From Candidatus Kerfeldbacteria bacterium (GTDB lineage Bacteria; Patescibacteriota; Patescibacteriia; UBA9570; XYC2-FULL-38-9), in assembly GCA_016182555.1 (NCBI GenBank), contig JACPGJ010000008.1, positions 455,411-519,410 on the forward strand: a DNA stretch of 64,000 nt. The letters are read 5' to 3'. Below, in pieces: positions 38,941 to 49,533 of this stretch. Under the pieces are notes generated by a model, which saw only the letters and a list, made by a program, of their open reading frames with translations, was not told where the DNA came from and made no database searches. A program made the translations under genes and the position numbers. Each line of letters opens with the position of its first letter. Positions within the stretch are counted from its first letter, which is position 1.

Positions 38941-39309
38941 TTATAATACTTCAGGAGCTAAAGAAGCAATTTTGGCAAAACCACGTTGTTTCACCTCTCG
39001 GGCGATCGGACCAAAAATACGTGTTCCTTTTGGTTCATTATTTTTTTCCACAATTACGCAGGCATTTTCGCTAAAACGAATGTAGGTTCCGTCTGGGCGG
39101 CGCATTTCTTTCGCTTGTCGAACAATCACCGCGCGCACGACATCTCCTTTTTTCACCATGCCATGCGGCTGCGCTTGTTTGACTGCACAAATAATCACAT
39201 CACCAACACGGGCATACCGTGGGCGGAAACCACCAAGAATACGGAAGCATTCCACTTGTTGGGCTCCGGTATTATCAGCAACTTGTAACCATGTTTCTAC
39301 TTGAATCAT
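38941..39309 (-). CDS. rplN: 50S ribosomal protein L14
   Basis: VADNTGA, GTRIFGP and SLAPEVL motifs. Confidence 0.97.
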   Translation of the reverse strand: MIQVETWLQVADNTGAQQVECFRILGGFRPRYARVGDVIICAVKQAQPHGMVKKGDVVRAVIVRQAKEMRRPDGTYIRFSENACVIVEKNNEPKGTRIFGPIAREVKQRGFAKIASLAPEVL

Positions 39310-39333
39310 ATCATTCGTCTTATTCGGTCTTCA

Positions 39334-39615
39334 TTATTCCTGTTCATTTTTATAGAGCACACGCCAGCGTTTCAATTTACTAATCGGCCGGCATTCCACA
39401 AATTCCACGACATCCTTAACTGTATACTGATTTTTTTCATCATGCACATGAAATCGACGGGTGCGTTTATACAACTTACCATACAATTTATGGCGTAAGG
39501 TGCGTTCGACCGCCACGACCAGTGTTTTATCCCCTTTATCAGAAACCACGATGCCCGAAAAACGACGGTGTTGTGCTTGTACGGCTGGTTGTTTGGTTGT
39601 ACTTGTTTCGGACAT
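39334..39615 (-). CDS. rpsQ: 30S ribosomal protein S17
   Basis: GIVVSDK, HDE and ECRPISKLKRW motifs. Confidence 0.95.
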   Translation of the reverse strand: MSETSTTKQPAVQAQHRRFSGIVVSDKGDKTLVVAVERTLRHKLYGKLYKRTRRFHVHDEKNQYTVKDVVEFVECRPISKLKRWRVLYKNEQE

Positions 39616-39621
39616 AGAGGT

Positions 39622-39852
39622 TTATGAATTAGTGGATGGTTGAATTGCTGATGACGCCTGTGTTGTTGCAGCTTGTTGTTGCAAAACGGTTTGGATACGA
39701 GCAATCGTTGTACGCACTACGCGAATGCGATGCACATCTTTGAGCTGCGCATTGACTGTTTTGAATCGCAATTCTTGCAATTCTTGACGCGCATCTTTCA
39801 AGAGTTGTTCCAATTCTTGACGAGTTTTATTTTTTAAATCATGCATGTTCAT
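39622..39852 (-). CDS. rpmC: 50S ribosomal protein L29
   Basis: ELQELRF...IRVVRTTIARIQT; operon position. Confidence 0.92.
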   Translation of the reverse strand: MNMHDLKNKTRQELEQLLKDARQELQELRFKTVNAQLKDVHRIRVVRTTIARIQTVLQQQAATTQASSAIQPSTNS

Positions 39853-39861
39853 ACGTGTAGA

Positions 39862-40275
39862 TTATTTCTGAATAAAACTCGTTTTCACGGATAACTTGTG
39901 TGAAGCCAAACGCATGGCTTCTCGTGCCTGAGCTTCTGCCACACCATCAATTTCAAACAAAACAGTTCCTGGTTTAACAATGGAAACATAGTGATCCACT
40001 GCTCCTTTTCCACTACCCATGCGAATTTCTCCACCTTTCAGTGTTACCGGACGTTGTGGGAAAATACGCACCCAAATTTTTCCACCACGCTGCACAAAGC
40101 GAGTCATGGCACGACGAGCCGCTTCAATTTGGCGAGCGGTAATCCATCCACCTTCTTGTGATTTCAACCCAAACTCACCAAATGCCAATACGGTTTTCCG
40201 TGTGGCCACTTGAGGGTTCTTTGGCACCGGCTGGTTGTGCCATTTTCGATGTTTAACTTTCTTTGGGATTAACAT
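39862..40275 (-). CDS. rplP: 50S ribosomal protein L16
   Basis: QIEAARRA and RMGSGKG motifs. Confidence 0.97.
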   Translation of the reverse strand: MLIPKKVKHRKWHNQPVPKNPQVATRKTVLAFGEFGLKSQEGGWITARQIEAARRAMTRFVQRGGKIWVRIFPQRPVTLKGGEIRMGSGKGAVDHYVSIVKPGTVLFEIDGVAEAQAREAMRLASHKLSVKTSFIQK

Positions 40276-40290
40276 AGAATCATGGATAGA

Positions 40291-41100
40291 TTACTTGGTT
40301 TCTTTTTCAATCGGTGCGGGTTCAATCTTCTTCACCGCTTCTTTTTCCACATCAGCTTTTTTGCGTAAAATCAATTTCTGACCACCGGTCTGTAAATGAC
40401 TGCGTTTCTGGCGCAGAGGTGCTTTTGCTGGTTTCGGTTTCTGCTCTTGCATATCTTCTTCAGAAAACACATCACCTTTATAAACCCATACTTTGATACC
40501 AATCACTCCATAGACGGTTTGAGCTACTCCACGACTGTAATCGATATTTGCGCGCAATTTCTGCAGTGGCAGTCGACCCTTTGATACGGTTTCGCGACGA
40601 GCAATATCTGCGCCATTCAACCGACCGCTAATTTGAATTTTGCAACCCAACGCGCCTCCACGCATAACATTTTCTAAAGAACGTTTGATAGCGCGACGAA
40701 ATGGGATACGTTGTTCGATTTGATCACGAATACCTTGATAAATCAATTCCGCTGTTGTATCTGGATCAGAAATTTCTTGAATGTTGATATTGATCTTGAT
40801 TTTTTCGCTGCCGAAAAATTTCTTTTTCACTTCTTGTTTTAATTCTTCAATGAGCGAACCACCACGACCAATCACCACACCCGGTTTTGAAGTGTGCACA
40901 ATAATCTTGACTTCACCCAACGCTCGTTCGATATCAATACGTGCTACCCCACCATCACGAAATTTTTTCTGAATCAGTTTACGGATACCAATATCCACGC
41001 GCAAATTTTTCGCGAAAATTTCTCGTGAAGCAAACCAGCGCGACGGTAACTGGTACGTCGTGACTGTTCTGAATGATCGTGGGTTGACTTTTGATCCCAT
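40291..41100 (-). CDS. rpsC: 30S ribosomal protein S3
   Basis: KPGVVIGRGG, SGRLNGADIAR and GVIGIKVW motifs. Confidence 0.97.
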   Translation of the reverse strand: MGSKVNPRSFRTVTTYQLPSRWFASREIFAKNLRVDIGIRKLIQKKFRDGGVARIDIERALGEVKIIVHTSKPGVVIGRGGSLIEELKQEVKKKFFGSEKIKININIQEISDPDTTAELIYQGIRDQIEQRIPFRRAIKRSLENVMRGGALGCKIQISGRLNGADIARRETVSKGRLPLQKLRANIDYSRGVAQTVYGVIGIKVWVYKGDVFSEEDMQEQKPKPAKAPLRQKRSHLQTGGQKLILRKKADVEKEAVKKIEPAPIEKETK

Positions 41101-41125
41101 AATAGTTTACGGCAATGAGGTTAGG

Positions 41126-41581
41126 CTATTGTTTATCGTTCTTTTCTGTCTTCTTTTCGGGTTTTTTCTCCGCTTTCTTTTCAGGTTTTGGTGTTTCGGC
41201 TTTCACATCTGTTTTCACTTTTTTTGCTTTCGGAAGTCGCGTCACCTGTTCATCAAGTACAACCGTGAGTCGACTCGTGCGTTTACGAATCATACCAGCC
41301 CGGCCAAATGCGCGTGGACGAAACCGTTTAATCGTAAACCCTTGATCAGCAAAAATAGATTGAACGATTAAATTTTTTTTCTCTGCTTTATTATTGTGCA
41401 CCGCATTTGCTGCAGCAGAACGAACAAGTTTCAACACTGGCTCTGCTCCTTTTTTATTCATGAATAACAATGCTCGTTCTGCTTGTTCAACAGAAAGACC
41501 ACGAACTTGGTCCAAAACCAGGCGGACTTTGCGAGGAGAGATTCTGACTGATGTTGCGGTTGCGCGTACTTGCATATCCAT
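41126..41581 (-). CDS. rplV: 50S ribosomal protein L22
   Basis: ISPRKVRLV, SAAANA and RAFGRA motifs. Confidence 0.96.
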   Translation of the reverse strand: MDMQVRATATSVRISPRKVRLVLDQVRGLSVEQAERALLFMNKKGAEPVLKLVRSAAANAVHNNKAEKKNLIVQSIFADQGFTIKRFRPRAFGRAGMIRKRTSRLTVVLDEQVTRLPKAKKVKTDVKAETPKPEKKAEKKPEKKTEKNDKQ

Positions 41582-41584
41582 AGA

Positions 41585-41923
41585 TTATTTAGTCGTTGTT
41601 TGTTGCGCTTTCTGAACCTGCGCTTTTGCTGCCGCTTGTGCAGCAGCTGCTTCTTCTTTCGCCATCTTACCACCATGGCCACGGAATTTTCGTGTATGCG
41701 CAAATTCACCTAGCTTATGACCAACCATATTTTCAACCACAAACACATCCAAAAAATCTTTGCCATTGTGTACCTGAAACGTCATCCCAATCATCTCTGG
41801 AACAATAACCGAAGAGCGTGACCATGTTTTAATGGGCTTCTTGGAATTGGTTTGTTTCGCTACCATCACCTTTTTCATTAAGTGGTCAGCAACGAATGGT
41901 CCTTTTTTTAAACTTCTGCTCAT
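41585..41923 (-). CDS. rpsS: 30S ribosomal protein S19
   Basis: [11 protein letters not shown] and [10 protein letters not shown] motifs. Confidence 0.97.
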   Translation of the reverse strand: MSRSLKKGPFVADHLMKKVMVAKQTNSKKPIKTWSRSSVIVPEMIGMTFQVHNGKDFLDVFVVENMVGHKLGEFAHTRKFRGHGGKMAKEEAAAAQAAAKAQVQKAQQTTTK

Positions 41924-41926
41924 AAA

Positions 41927-42769
41927 TTATTTCTTGCGTTTTTTACGGCTGCTCACAATATAGGCATCGGATTCTTTCTGCTTACGGCGCGTTTTGACAC
42001 CCAATGCTGGTTTACCTTGTGCAGTTTTTGGATGTTTCAAACCGATTGGCTGATTTCCCTCTCCACCACCATGCGGGTGATCCACAGGGTTCATGGCTTT
42101 ACCACGAACACGAGGGCGAATACCCCGATAGCGCATACGACCGGCTTTTCCCCAACGAATATTTCCCCAATCTGGATTCGACACTTGACCAACTGAAGCG
42201 CGACAACGTTCATCAAACTTTCGAATTTCTCCAGAAGACAATTTCAACTGTACAAAACCACCATCTTGAGACATCACCGTGGCGCTGCTACCAGCTGAAC
42301 GAACAATCGCCCCACCTTTTCCTGGAAACAATTCAATGTTGTGTACGGGTGTACCAATAGCGATATCCCCTAACGGTAAACGGTTACCTGGATTCAAATC
42401 TGCGTGTTTATCTGTGAATACAATACGATCCCCCGGTTTCATGCCATCAGCCGCTAAGATATAGGCTTGATCATCATTCGTATAGGCGATCAAGGCAATA
42501 CGAGCAGAACGATTTGGATCATACTCAATGGTGAGAACATTCACGTTATCATCTAGTCGCTTTTGTGCAAAATCGACCAAGCGATAGCGTCGTTTCACTC
42601 CACCACCTTTATGACGAACGGTAATTTTTCCTTGGTTGTTACGGCCAGCATGCTTCTTCAATCGGATGGTGAGTTTTTTCACCGGCGTGCTCTTGGAAAT
42701 ATCAGAAAAATCATCTCCGGAAGAGAGTCGGCGCCCTGCTGATGTTGGTTTATGCTTTCTTACTGCCAT
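41927..42769 (-). CDS. rplB: 50S ribosomal protein L2
   Basis: EYDPNRSA and AMNPVDHPHGGGEG motifs. Confidence 0.98.
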   Translation of the reverse strand: MAVRKHKPTSAGRRLSSGDDFSDISKSTPVKKLTIRLKKHAGRNNQGKITVRHKGGGVKRRYRLVDFAQKRLDDNVNVLTIEYDPNRSARIALIAYTNDDQAYILAADGMKPGDRIVFTDKHADLNPGNRLPLGDIAIGTPVHNIELFPGKGGAIVRSAGSSATVMSQDGGFVQLKLSSGEIRKFDERCRASVGQVSNPDWGNIRWGKAGRMRYRGIRPRVRGKAMNPVDHPHGGGEGNQPIGLKHPKTAQGKPALGVKTRRKQKESDAYIVSSRKKRKK

Positions 42770-42780
42770 ATAATCATTGT

Positions 42781-43221
42781 CTATGTTCCTGAGTACACAT
42801 TAATAGTTTCTCCTGCCTTCAAACGGACAACCGCTTTCTTCCAGTCTTTCCGCTTTCCTTCACGGTTATTCCAGCGAACCGCTTTACCGGCTACATTCAT
42901 TATACGCACACTCACTGGGGTCACTCCATAAATCTGTTGAATCGCTTTCTTCACCTCTTGTTTATTCGCGTTGATGTGTGTTTGAAAAATATACACACCA
43001 TGCAACGTTGCTTTTTCTGTAATAAGCGGTTTCAACATCACCTGTTCTGGACGAGCAACTAATTGTTTACCAGATTTCGCCACCTTCGCTTTTGGTGCTT
43101 TTTCCTTCACTACGTTCTTCTCTCCAGATTTCTTTGCTGGTTTTGCAGCAGCATCAGAAGAAACGACGTTGTCTGTACCCGTTTTGGAATCTTTTTTTCG
43201 TAATTTATCGAGAATACTCAT
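42781..43221 (-). CDS. rplW: 50S ribosomal protein L23 (Lys-rich N-terminal extension)
   Basis: PLITEKA and WKKAVVRL motifs. Confidence 0.93.
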   Translation of the reverse strand: MSILDKLRKKDSKTGTDNVVSSDAAAKPAKKSGEKNVVKEKAPKAKVAKSGKQLVARPEQVMLKPLITEKATLHGVYIFQTHINANKQEVKKAIQQIYGVTPVSVRIMNVAGKAVRWNNREGKRKDWKKAVVRLKAGETINVYSGT

Positions 43222-43227
43222 AGGGGT

Positions 43228-43860
43228 TTATTTTGAATACTGTGCAAGAATAGATTCCACACCAGCGGTATCAATCACTAATGTATGGTATTTCAACAAG
43301 TCAATCACATTCAAGGAATCTGCTAACATGGTGCTTGCCTGTGGCATATTTTTTGCGCAGCGAGTCAACAGATCATTCTTTTTCGCTGAAGCAATAAGGA
43401 ATGAGCGACCTTTCACTGGTAATTTTTTCAATGTGATAGATAAATCTTTTGTTTTTCCGGTGAGTTGATCCAGAGAATCCACAACCACAATACGGCTATC
43501 CGCTAATTTATCAGATAACACCATCGATAATGCTTTTCGGCGTGTTTTCTTGTTTACTTTTAGGGTCATATTCCTTTCGCTCGTTGGACCAAATACAATA
43601 CCACCTTTTCTCCACTGTGGAGCACGAATAGAACCTTGGCGAGCACTCCCCGTGCCTTTTTGCTTCCATGGTTTTCTACCACCACCACGCACTTCAGAGC
43701 GTGTTTTTGTGTCTGCATATGGAATATGAGCATTCGCTCGTTGCGCACGAACAACAAATTGAACCAACTTTGGATCGGCTTTCACAGCAAATACCTTATC
43801 ATCAAGCGTGATTTCCTTTGTTGATTCTCCTTTCAAATTGTATACCTTGATTGTGGCCAT
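43228..43860 (-). CDS. rplD: 50S ribosomal protein L4
   Basis: EVRGGGRKPWKQKGTGSARQGS motif. Confidence 0.97.
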   Translation of the reverse strand: MATIKVYNLKGESTKEITLDDKVFAVKADPKLVQFVVRAQRANAHIPYADTKTRSEVRGGGRKPWKQKGTGSARQGSIRAPQWRKGGIVFGPTSERNMTLKVNKKTRRKALSMVLSDKLADSRIVVVDSLDQLTGKTKDLSITLKKLPVKGRSFLIASAKKNDLLTRCAKNMPQASTMLADSLNVIDLLKYHTLVIDTAGVESILAQYSK

Positions 43861-43866
43861 AATCCG

Positions 43867-44493
43867 TTATTTTTTCTTTCTGCTATTACGAGCGGTTTTG
43901 ATAAACAACACCATACCTCGGCTACCAGGAACAGCACCGCGGACTTTGATTTGATTCTTTTTTGCATCCACCGAAACAATTTTCAAATTCTTGGTAGTTA
44001 CCTGTGCTGCACCCATTTGGCCAGACATGCGCATACCTTTAAACACATGTTGCGGTTCACCAGCACCAATGGAACCAGACATACGCAATTGATCTTTGTG
44101 ACCATGTGTTTTGAGCGAACCACTGAAACCATGACGCTTCACCACACCAGCATATCCACGACCGATCGATGTCCCAGTTACATCTACCATATCTCCTGCT
44201 TCAAACGATTCTGCGGTAATGACCTGTCCACGTTCGTACGCATCGGTTGTTTTAAATTCTTTCAGCACGGCAAATGTCCCCAAGTCTTTCAAATGGCCTT
44301 TCACGGGTTTGCTCACATTCTTTGCTTTGCGTGTACCAAAACCAACCTGAACAGCTTGATAACCATCTTTCTCTGTTTTTTTCACTTGGGTCACGGTAAT
44401 TGGACCAGCTTCAAGAATAGTGACTGGTGTGACAGTGCCATCTTCACTAAATTCCTGGCTCATCTCAATTTTTTTCGCAATAATGAATTTCAT
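43867..44493 (-). CDS. rplC: 50S ribosomal protein L3
   Basis: DGYQAVQ, GVVKRHGF and GAVPG motifs. Confidence 0.97.
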   Translation of the reverse strand: MKFIIAKKIEMSQEFSEDGTVTPVTILEAGPITVTQVKKTEKDGYQAVQVGFGTRKAKNVSKPVKGHLKDLGTFAVLKEFKTTDAYERGQVITAESFEAGDMVDVTGTSIGRGYAGVVKRHGFSGSLKTHGHKDQLRMSGSIGAGEPQHVFKGMRMSGQMGAAQVTTKNLKIVSVDAKKNQIKVRGAVPGSRGMVLFIKTARNSRKKK

Positions 44494-44640
44494 GGATCTA
44501 TAGTAAAAGCGGCATAGAAGCCGCGTTTAACGCAATTATTCAATTCGTTTCTCTCATACAACGACTGATATCCGAGGCGATATTTCGCGCCGGGATCACT
44601 TCCGTTCGATTGAGATAAACAACGTACTGTATCCTGACAA
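44494..44640 (-). promoter_or_regulatory. Structured intergenic RNA between rpsJ and rplC (candidate r-protein leader/attenuator)
   Basis: Long interrupted stem plus a GCGGC-loop-GCCGC-UUUU hairpin just before the rplC ATG. Confidence 0.5.
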
Positions 44641-44643
44641 ATA

Positions 44644-45006
44644 TTATAACATCTTCATTTCGATGTCAACCCCTGCTGGCAAACTCAAGTTTGAGAGCGC
44701 ATCAATCGTCTTTGGATTGGCACTGACAATGTCGATCAATCGCTTGTGCACCCGCATTTCAAACTGGTCACGGGCGTCTTTACGAATGAACGTGGATTTC
44801 AAAACCGTATACTTTTTCTTTTCTGTTGGAAGAGGGACTGGACCAACCACGCTCGCACCGGTGCGGACCACCGTTTCGATAATAATTTTGGTTGTTTTAT
44901 CGATAATTTTATTATCGTAGGCACGAATTTTCACACGAATACGCGCAGAAACTGGTGCCTGCTCTTCGGTGTTGTTGATCTGTTCTGTGGTCTTTGTTGC
45001 TGACAT
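44644..45006 (-). CDS. rpsJ: 30S ribosomal protein S10 (start MSATKT)
   Basis: RIRVKIRAYD, GPVPLPT and FEMRVHKRLIDI motifs. Confidence 0.96.
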   Translation of the reverse strand: MSATKTTEQINNTEEQAPVSARIRVKIRAYDNKIIDKTTKIIIETVVRTGASVVGPVPLPTEKKKYTVLKSTFIRKDARDQFEMRVHKRLIDIVSANPKTIDALSNLSLPAGVDIEMKML

Positions 45007-45095
45007 GTTGGTATAAAAGAGCATTCGTCTCGTACATCTCTCGGGGCCCAGGCCCTCCTAGCCGTATCCAGAGCCCCGAGAATATGACGACGATA

Positions 45096-46286
45096 TTATG
45101 CAATAATCTTAGTTATCACTCCTGCGCCAACGGTTCGGCCACCCTCACGGATAGCAAAGCGTTGTTTTTCTTCCATAGCGACCGTCTTTCCAAGTTTGAC
45201 AGTAAAGGTAATCGTATCGCCAGGCATGACCATTTCGGTGCCTTCTTTCAATATCACCTCACCAGTCACATCAGTTGTACGCATATAGAATTGTGGCTTG
45301 TATCCTTTCGTGAATGGCGTAGCGCGTCCACCTTCTTCTTTAGAAAGAATATAGACTTCAGCTTCAAATTCCGTGTGTGGGGTAATGCTACCTGGTTTTG
45401 CGAGCACTTGACCACGTTCTACTTCATCTTTCTTTGTACCACGAAGCAATAACCCAGCATTGTCACCAGCCAAACCTTCATCTAACTGCTTGTTAAACAT
45501 TTCAATACCAGTCACAACAGTCTTTTTGGTGTCCATCAAACCAACAATCTCTAATTCTTCGTTAATTTTTACCTTACCGCGTTCAATACGACCAGTCACC
45601 ACCGTTCCACGACCTTCAATAGAGAAGATGTCTTCAATAGGCATCAAGAATGGCTTGTCGGTATCCCGTTCTGGTTGAGGGATATATTCATCCAACGTTT
45701 TCAACAATTCCACAATCGGCTTCGCTGCTTCTGCATCTGTTGGGTTTTCCAACGCTTTCAAGGCTGAACCACGAATAATAGGTGTTTCATCGCCAGGGAA
45801 TTCGTATTTATTGAGCAAGTCGCGAATTTCCACTTCAACCAACATCAACAATTCTTCATCTTCGACTTGGTCACATTTGTTCAAGAATACCACAATCGAA
45901 GGCACACCAACCTGACGAGCCAACAAAATATGTTCGCGTGTTTGAGGCATTGGGCCGTCTGTTGCAGAAACAACCAAAATCGCGCCGTCCATTTGAGCCG
46001 CACCAGTGATCATGTTCTTCACGTAGTCAGCATGTCCTGGACAGTCAACGTGTGCGTAGTGACGGTTATCCGTTTCGTATTCAACGTGGGAGGTATTAAT
46101 GGTAATACCACGCTCGCGTTCTTCTGGAGCGTTATCAATATCTGCAAATCCTTTGTTTTGAGCGGATTTTCCTTGAGCGTTACAGACCGCCAAAATAGCG
46201 GCTGTAGTTGTGGTTTTTCCATGGTCGACGTGACCAATGGTACCAACGTTGACGTGCGGTTTGGCGCGATTAAACTTGTCTGCCAT
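45096..46286 (-). CDS. tuf: Elongation factor Tu
   Basis: [23 protein letters not shown] and NKCD motifs. Confidence 0.99.
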   Translation of the reverse strand: MADKFNRAKPHVNVGTIGHVDHGKTTTTAAILAVCNAQGKSAQNKGFADIDNAPEERERGITINTSHVEYETDNRHYAHVDCPGHADYVKNMITGAAQMDGAILVVSATDGPMPQTREHILLARQVGVPSIVVFLNKCDQVEDEELLMLVEVEIRDLLNKYEFPGDETPIIRGSALKALENPTDAEAAKPIVELLKTLDEYIPQPERDTDKPFLMPIEDIFSIEGRGTVVTGRIERGKVKINEELEIVGLMDTKKTVVTGIEMFNKQLDEGLAGDNAGLLLRGTKKDEVERGQVLAKPGSITPHTEFEAEVYILSKEEGGRATPFTKGYKPQFYMRTTDVTGEVILKEGTEMVMPGDTITFTVKLGKTVAMEEKQRFAIREGGRTVGAGVITKIIA

Positions 46287-46496
46287 ACATTAGCAATTTG
46301 TTAATAAAGTAAAATAAGTCAATCAAACTCTTCGCACAAAGAATGTACGAAGGTAGAAATAACGATAATAGTTTTACGAGAAGCTGTCAAGTGTTTGGCA
46401 GGCTTCGATGCAAAACAGAATGATTATAACGACAAAGCAATAAAATGACAAGAATTACTGGTGTTTATGGTTTGTGGATAAGTAGACCAAATTTCA

Positions 46497-46961
46497 TTAT
46501 CTTTTCTCTCTCAAGCGACCAGAAAGAAATGGAGATGGAAGATAATCTTCTATGGTAGCAACTATCACTCGAGATTTATCAGTATTTGAATAGAGTGTGA
46601 GCATTGGCTCTACGCTCGCCATTTGGCTAAATTCAAATATAATTTGCCGGCACCGACCGCACGGACCACTTGGTGCATCGACAGACATACCGTCGTTGCG
46701 GACAATAGTTGCAATCGCGGTGAATTCACGCTCCCCTGCCATATTGGCCGCGAGGAAGGCCGCAACTTCAGCGCACGCAGTCATGCCGGTTGTCGAGAGC
46801 GTGACGTTTGCACCCGTATAGATTTTCCCACTTTTTCCGCGGATGGCGGCACCAACAACAAAATTCGACCGAGGATTCCAGCCTCGCTCCATCGCTTTTT
46901 CTGCAGCGTTGAGTAATTCTTGTTGTTCCGGTTCAAGTGCTTCCAATCGTTTTTCGGTCAT
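46497..46961 (-). CDS. cdd: Cytidine deaminase (homotetrameric type; start MTEKRL)
   Basis: FVVGAA, GANV, CAE and PCGRCRQ motifs. Confidence 0.85.
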   Translation of the reverse strand: MTEKRLEALEPEQQELLNAAEKAMERGWNPRSNFVVGAAIRGKSGKIYTGANVTLSTTGMTACAEVAAFLAANMAGEREFTAIATIVRNDGMSVDAPSGPCGRCRQIIFEFSQMASVEPMLTLYSNTDKSRVIVATIEDYLPSPFLSGRLREKR

Positions 46962-47007
46962 TGTGGTGTATTTAATACTATAGTGAAAAAAGTATATCAG
47001 AAATAGA

Positions 47008-48270
47008 TTATAACTCCCAGGCACGAATATGCTCTATGCCATTCCGGTTCCCCAGTGAAATATCATCCAAGCTGATCACTATTTTTTTATACTGATCTCG
47101 AATGGCTTCCAAATTTCCAAATTCTCTTTCTATGGTTTCCGTAGAATCCAATATATACGCTACTTGCACATAGATGCGCTCCTTTCCTTTTTCCAGAACA
47201 AAGTCTACCTCTTTATTACGCAACTCCCCCACCCGCACCGTATAGCCCTGCGCTTTGTAATGAAGAAAAATCGCATTCTCCAGAATATGCCCAATGTTGC
47301 TATCTGCTTGCTGCAAACCTTGCGAACGCAATGCCAAATCATTCAAATAATATTTTTTTGTGTTGGTGAACACGGCCTTTCCGCGAATATCAAAACGGTC
47401 GACGGCGTGAATAAGATACGTTTGCTCCAGATAGGTGAGATATTTCCCCAACGTTTCATTATTGGTGGGGGTGTGGTTACTATTCAAATAACGAACAATC
47501 TTTTCTGTAGAAAACAGACTGCCGATGTTGCCCGCAATAAATTGAAAAAGCTGTTCGAGCAACACCGCATTTTTTACTGCATATTTTTGCACCACATCTT
47601 GAAACAAAATAGTATTTACTAATGCGTGAATATAATGCGTTTGAATCTCTGTGTCTTTTTGCAAATGATATAATTCCGGCAAACCACCCAATTCCAAATA
47701 GCGCACAAACTGTTCTTTGGTTTTTGGTACATCAAAAAATTGCGTAAATTCATCAAACGAAAACGATTGCACTTCAAACGGCACATACCGGCCACTTAAA
47801 TAGGTAGAGAGTTCTGAAGAGAGCATGGTGGAATTTGAACCGCTGATATACACCTCATACGCATCACGGTAATCTTGCGAAAAAGAATTGATTGCCCTCT
47901 CCCACTGATCAATTTCTTGCACCTCATCTATAAAGAGAAAAACTTTACCTTTCACCTGTTCTGTTTTTTTGTAGAGCTCAACGAGTTTTGCTAAATCGGT
48001 GTGCGTTTTCACCATTTCAAAATCGACGATCTCTTTATTGAGATAGAAAATATTTTTCGGGTTCACGCCTTGCGCAATCAATTCTTTCATTATTTGACGC
48101 AGCAAATAGCTCTTTCCCACGCGCCGCTGCCCCATAATGACTTTTATTAAACCATTATTGATGAAGGGTTTTATGCGTTCAAGATAGGTTGTTCTGGTTA
48201 AACCCGTTGGTATTTCTTGATTTTTCTCCCAAAAATTGGATTTTTTGAGATATTCTAATATTTCGTTCAT
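47008..48270 (-). CDS. ATP-binding protein, AAA_14 + DUF4143 family
   Basis: GQRRVGKS, FIDEVQ, SGS, KYYLND and EVDFV...YVQV motifs. Confidence 0.88.
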   Translation of the reverse strand: MNEILEYLKKSNFWEKNQEIPTGLTRTTYLERIKPFINNGLIKVIMGQRRVGKSYLLRQIMKELIAQGVNPKNIFYLNKEIVDFEMVKTHTDLAKLVELYKKTEQVKGKVFLFIDEVQEIDQWERAINSFSQDYRDAYEVYISGSNSTMLSSELSTYLSGRYVPFEVQSFSFDEFTQFFDVPKTKEQFVRYLELGGLPELYHLQKDTEIQTHYIHALVNTILFQDVVQKYAVKNAVLLEQLFQFIAGNIGSLFSTEKIVRYLNSNHTPTNNETLGKYLTYLEQTYLIHAVDRFDIRGKAVFTNTKKYYLNDLALRSQGLQQADSNIGHILENAIFLHYKAQGYTVRVGELRNKEVDFVLEKGKERIYVQVAYILDSTETIEREFGNLEAIRDQYKKIVISLDDISLGNRNGIEHIRAWEL

Positions 48271-48446
48271 ATTTGAATTTTATGTTATTTTTACATATAT
48301 TTCAAGTATACTTGAATTTTATGCATCTGTCAATGAATACATAACTTTGACACAAGAAATATTGGGGGTATGATAAAATTATGAAATACTGATGTAGTAT
48401 ACAGAAGTCGAATAATTTATTTTTTTATTCTTAGAAATAAGCCAAA

Positions 48447-49502
48447 ATGTCATTCGCGAAACCATCAAAAGTGTCCAGAAGTCGAATAAATAAAGCCGGT
48501 AAAACTCTTAAAAAAGAGATTATTAATTCAGATTTTGAATCTGCAGTAAAGTTAGCTGATAATTGGAGAGCGTGTCATGCCTATCCCATTAATACCTTCC
48601 AATCAACATTGAGAACCAAGCTTCGAAAATATCAAAATGAACCTATCGTAGCGCAACGTCTTAAACGCATGCCAACAATTATAGATAAACTGCAACGATA
48701 TCCAAACATGCAGCTAACAACAATGCAAGATATTGGAGGTATTAGGGCAATTCTAGGATCAATCGAAGATGTTTATAAACTAGCAAAAGACTACAGAGAG
48801 AACAAACGCCTTCCTCATGAACTTTATAATGAGAATAATCATATTCAGACTCCGAGAAATGAAGATGGCTATCGTAGTTTGCATCTAATGTACAAATACC
48901 GAAATCCACAAGCAAAAGAATATGATGGTCTACGAGTAGAGCTACAAATACGTACAAAAACCCAACATATTTGGGCTACAGCAGTTGAAACTATGGGAAC
49001 ATTTCTAGGACAAGCGCTTAAATCAAGACAGGGGGACAAAGACTGGCTCGATTTTTTTGCCACAGTATCATCTGCATTTGCTTGCATTGAGAAAACACCA
49101 GTATTACCTAGACATCAAAACATGACAAAACTAGAAATATTTAAGGCGGTTGCAAACACAGAAAAAAAACTCGGCGCATTAGAAAAAATGAATGCATTCT
49201 ATAAAGCCGCAGATGAAATCACAGGAAAACGCAAAAGTGAAGGGTCATCGTATCATCTAATAATACTAAACTCATTAGAAAAAACTGTTGAAGTAAAACC
49301 ATATAGTCGAGATGAGTTCAAAAAGGCAGTTGCAGATTACGCTCAAATTGAAGCTGAGGCAGTGAAGGGGAAAAAAATCGAACCAGTTCTCGTATCTGCT
49401 GGTCCATTAAGCACGCTAAAACGCGCATATCCCAACTTTTTCCTTGATATTTCTGAATTCTGTAAAGCTGTAGCAGAAATAGTAGATAAAACAAAAAAGT
49501 AA
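48447..49502 (+). CDS. RelA/SpoT-domain small alarmone synthetase, fused CapRel-like toxin-antitoxin
   Basis: RLKR, MQDIGGIR, GYRSLH, ELQIRT..QHIWA; C-terminal VLVS...LKRAYPNFFLD typical of the CapRel antitoxin region. Confidence 0.8.
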   Translation: MSFAKPSKVSRSRINKAGKTLKKEIINSDFESAVKLADNWRACHAYPINTFQSTLRTKLRKYQNEPIVAQRLKRMPTIIDKLQRYPNMQLTTMQDIGGIRAILGSIEDVYKLAKDYRENKRLPHELYNENNHIQTPRNEDGYRSLHLMYKYRNPQAKEYDGLRVELQIRTKTQHIWATAVETMGTFLGQALKSRQGDKDWLDFFATVSSAFACIEKTPVLPRHQNMTKLEIFKAVANTEKKLGALEKMNAFYKAADEITGKRKSEGSSYHLIILNSLEKTVEVKPYSRDEFKKAVADYAQIEAEAVKGKKIEPVLVSAGPLSTLKRAYPNFFLDISEFCKAVAEIVDKTKK

Positions 49503-49533
49503 AAAGAGCCGGCGAGATGCCGACCCTTTTTAT
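49501..49533. terminator. Bidirectional terminator-like hairpin between the convergent CapRel-like gene and fusA
   Basis: A-tract, GC stem, T-tract. Confidence 0.5.
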
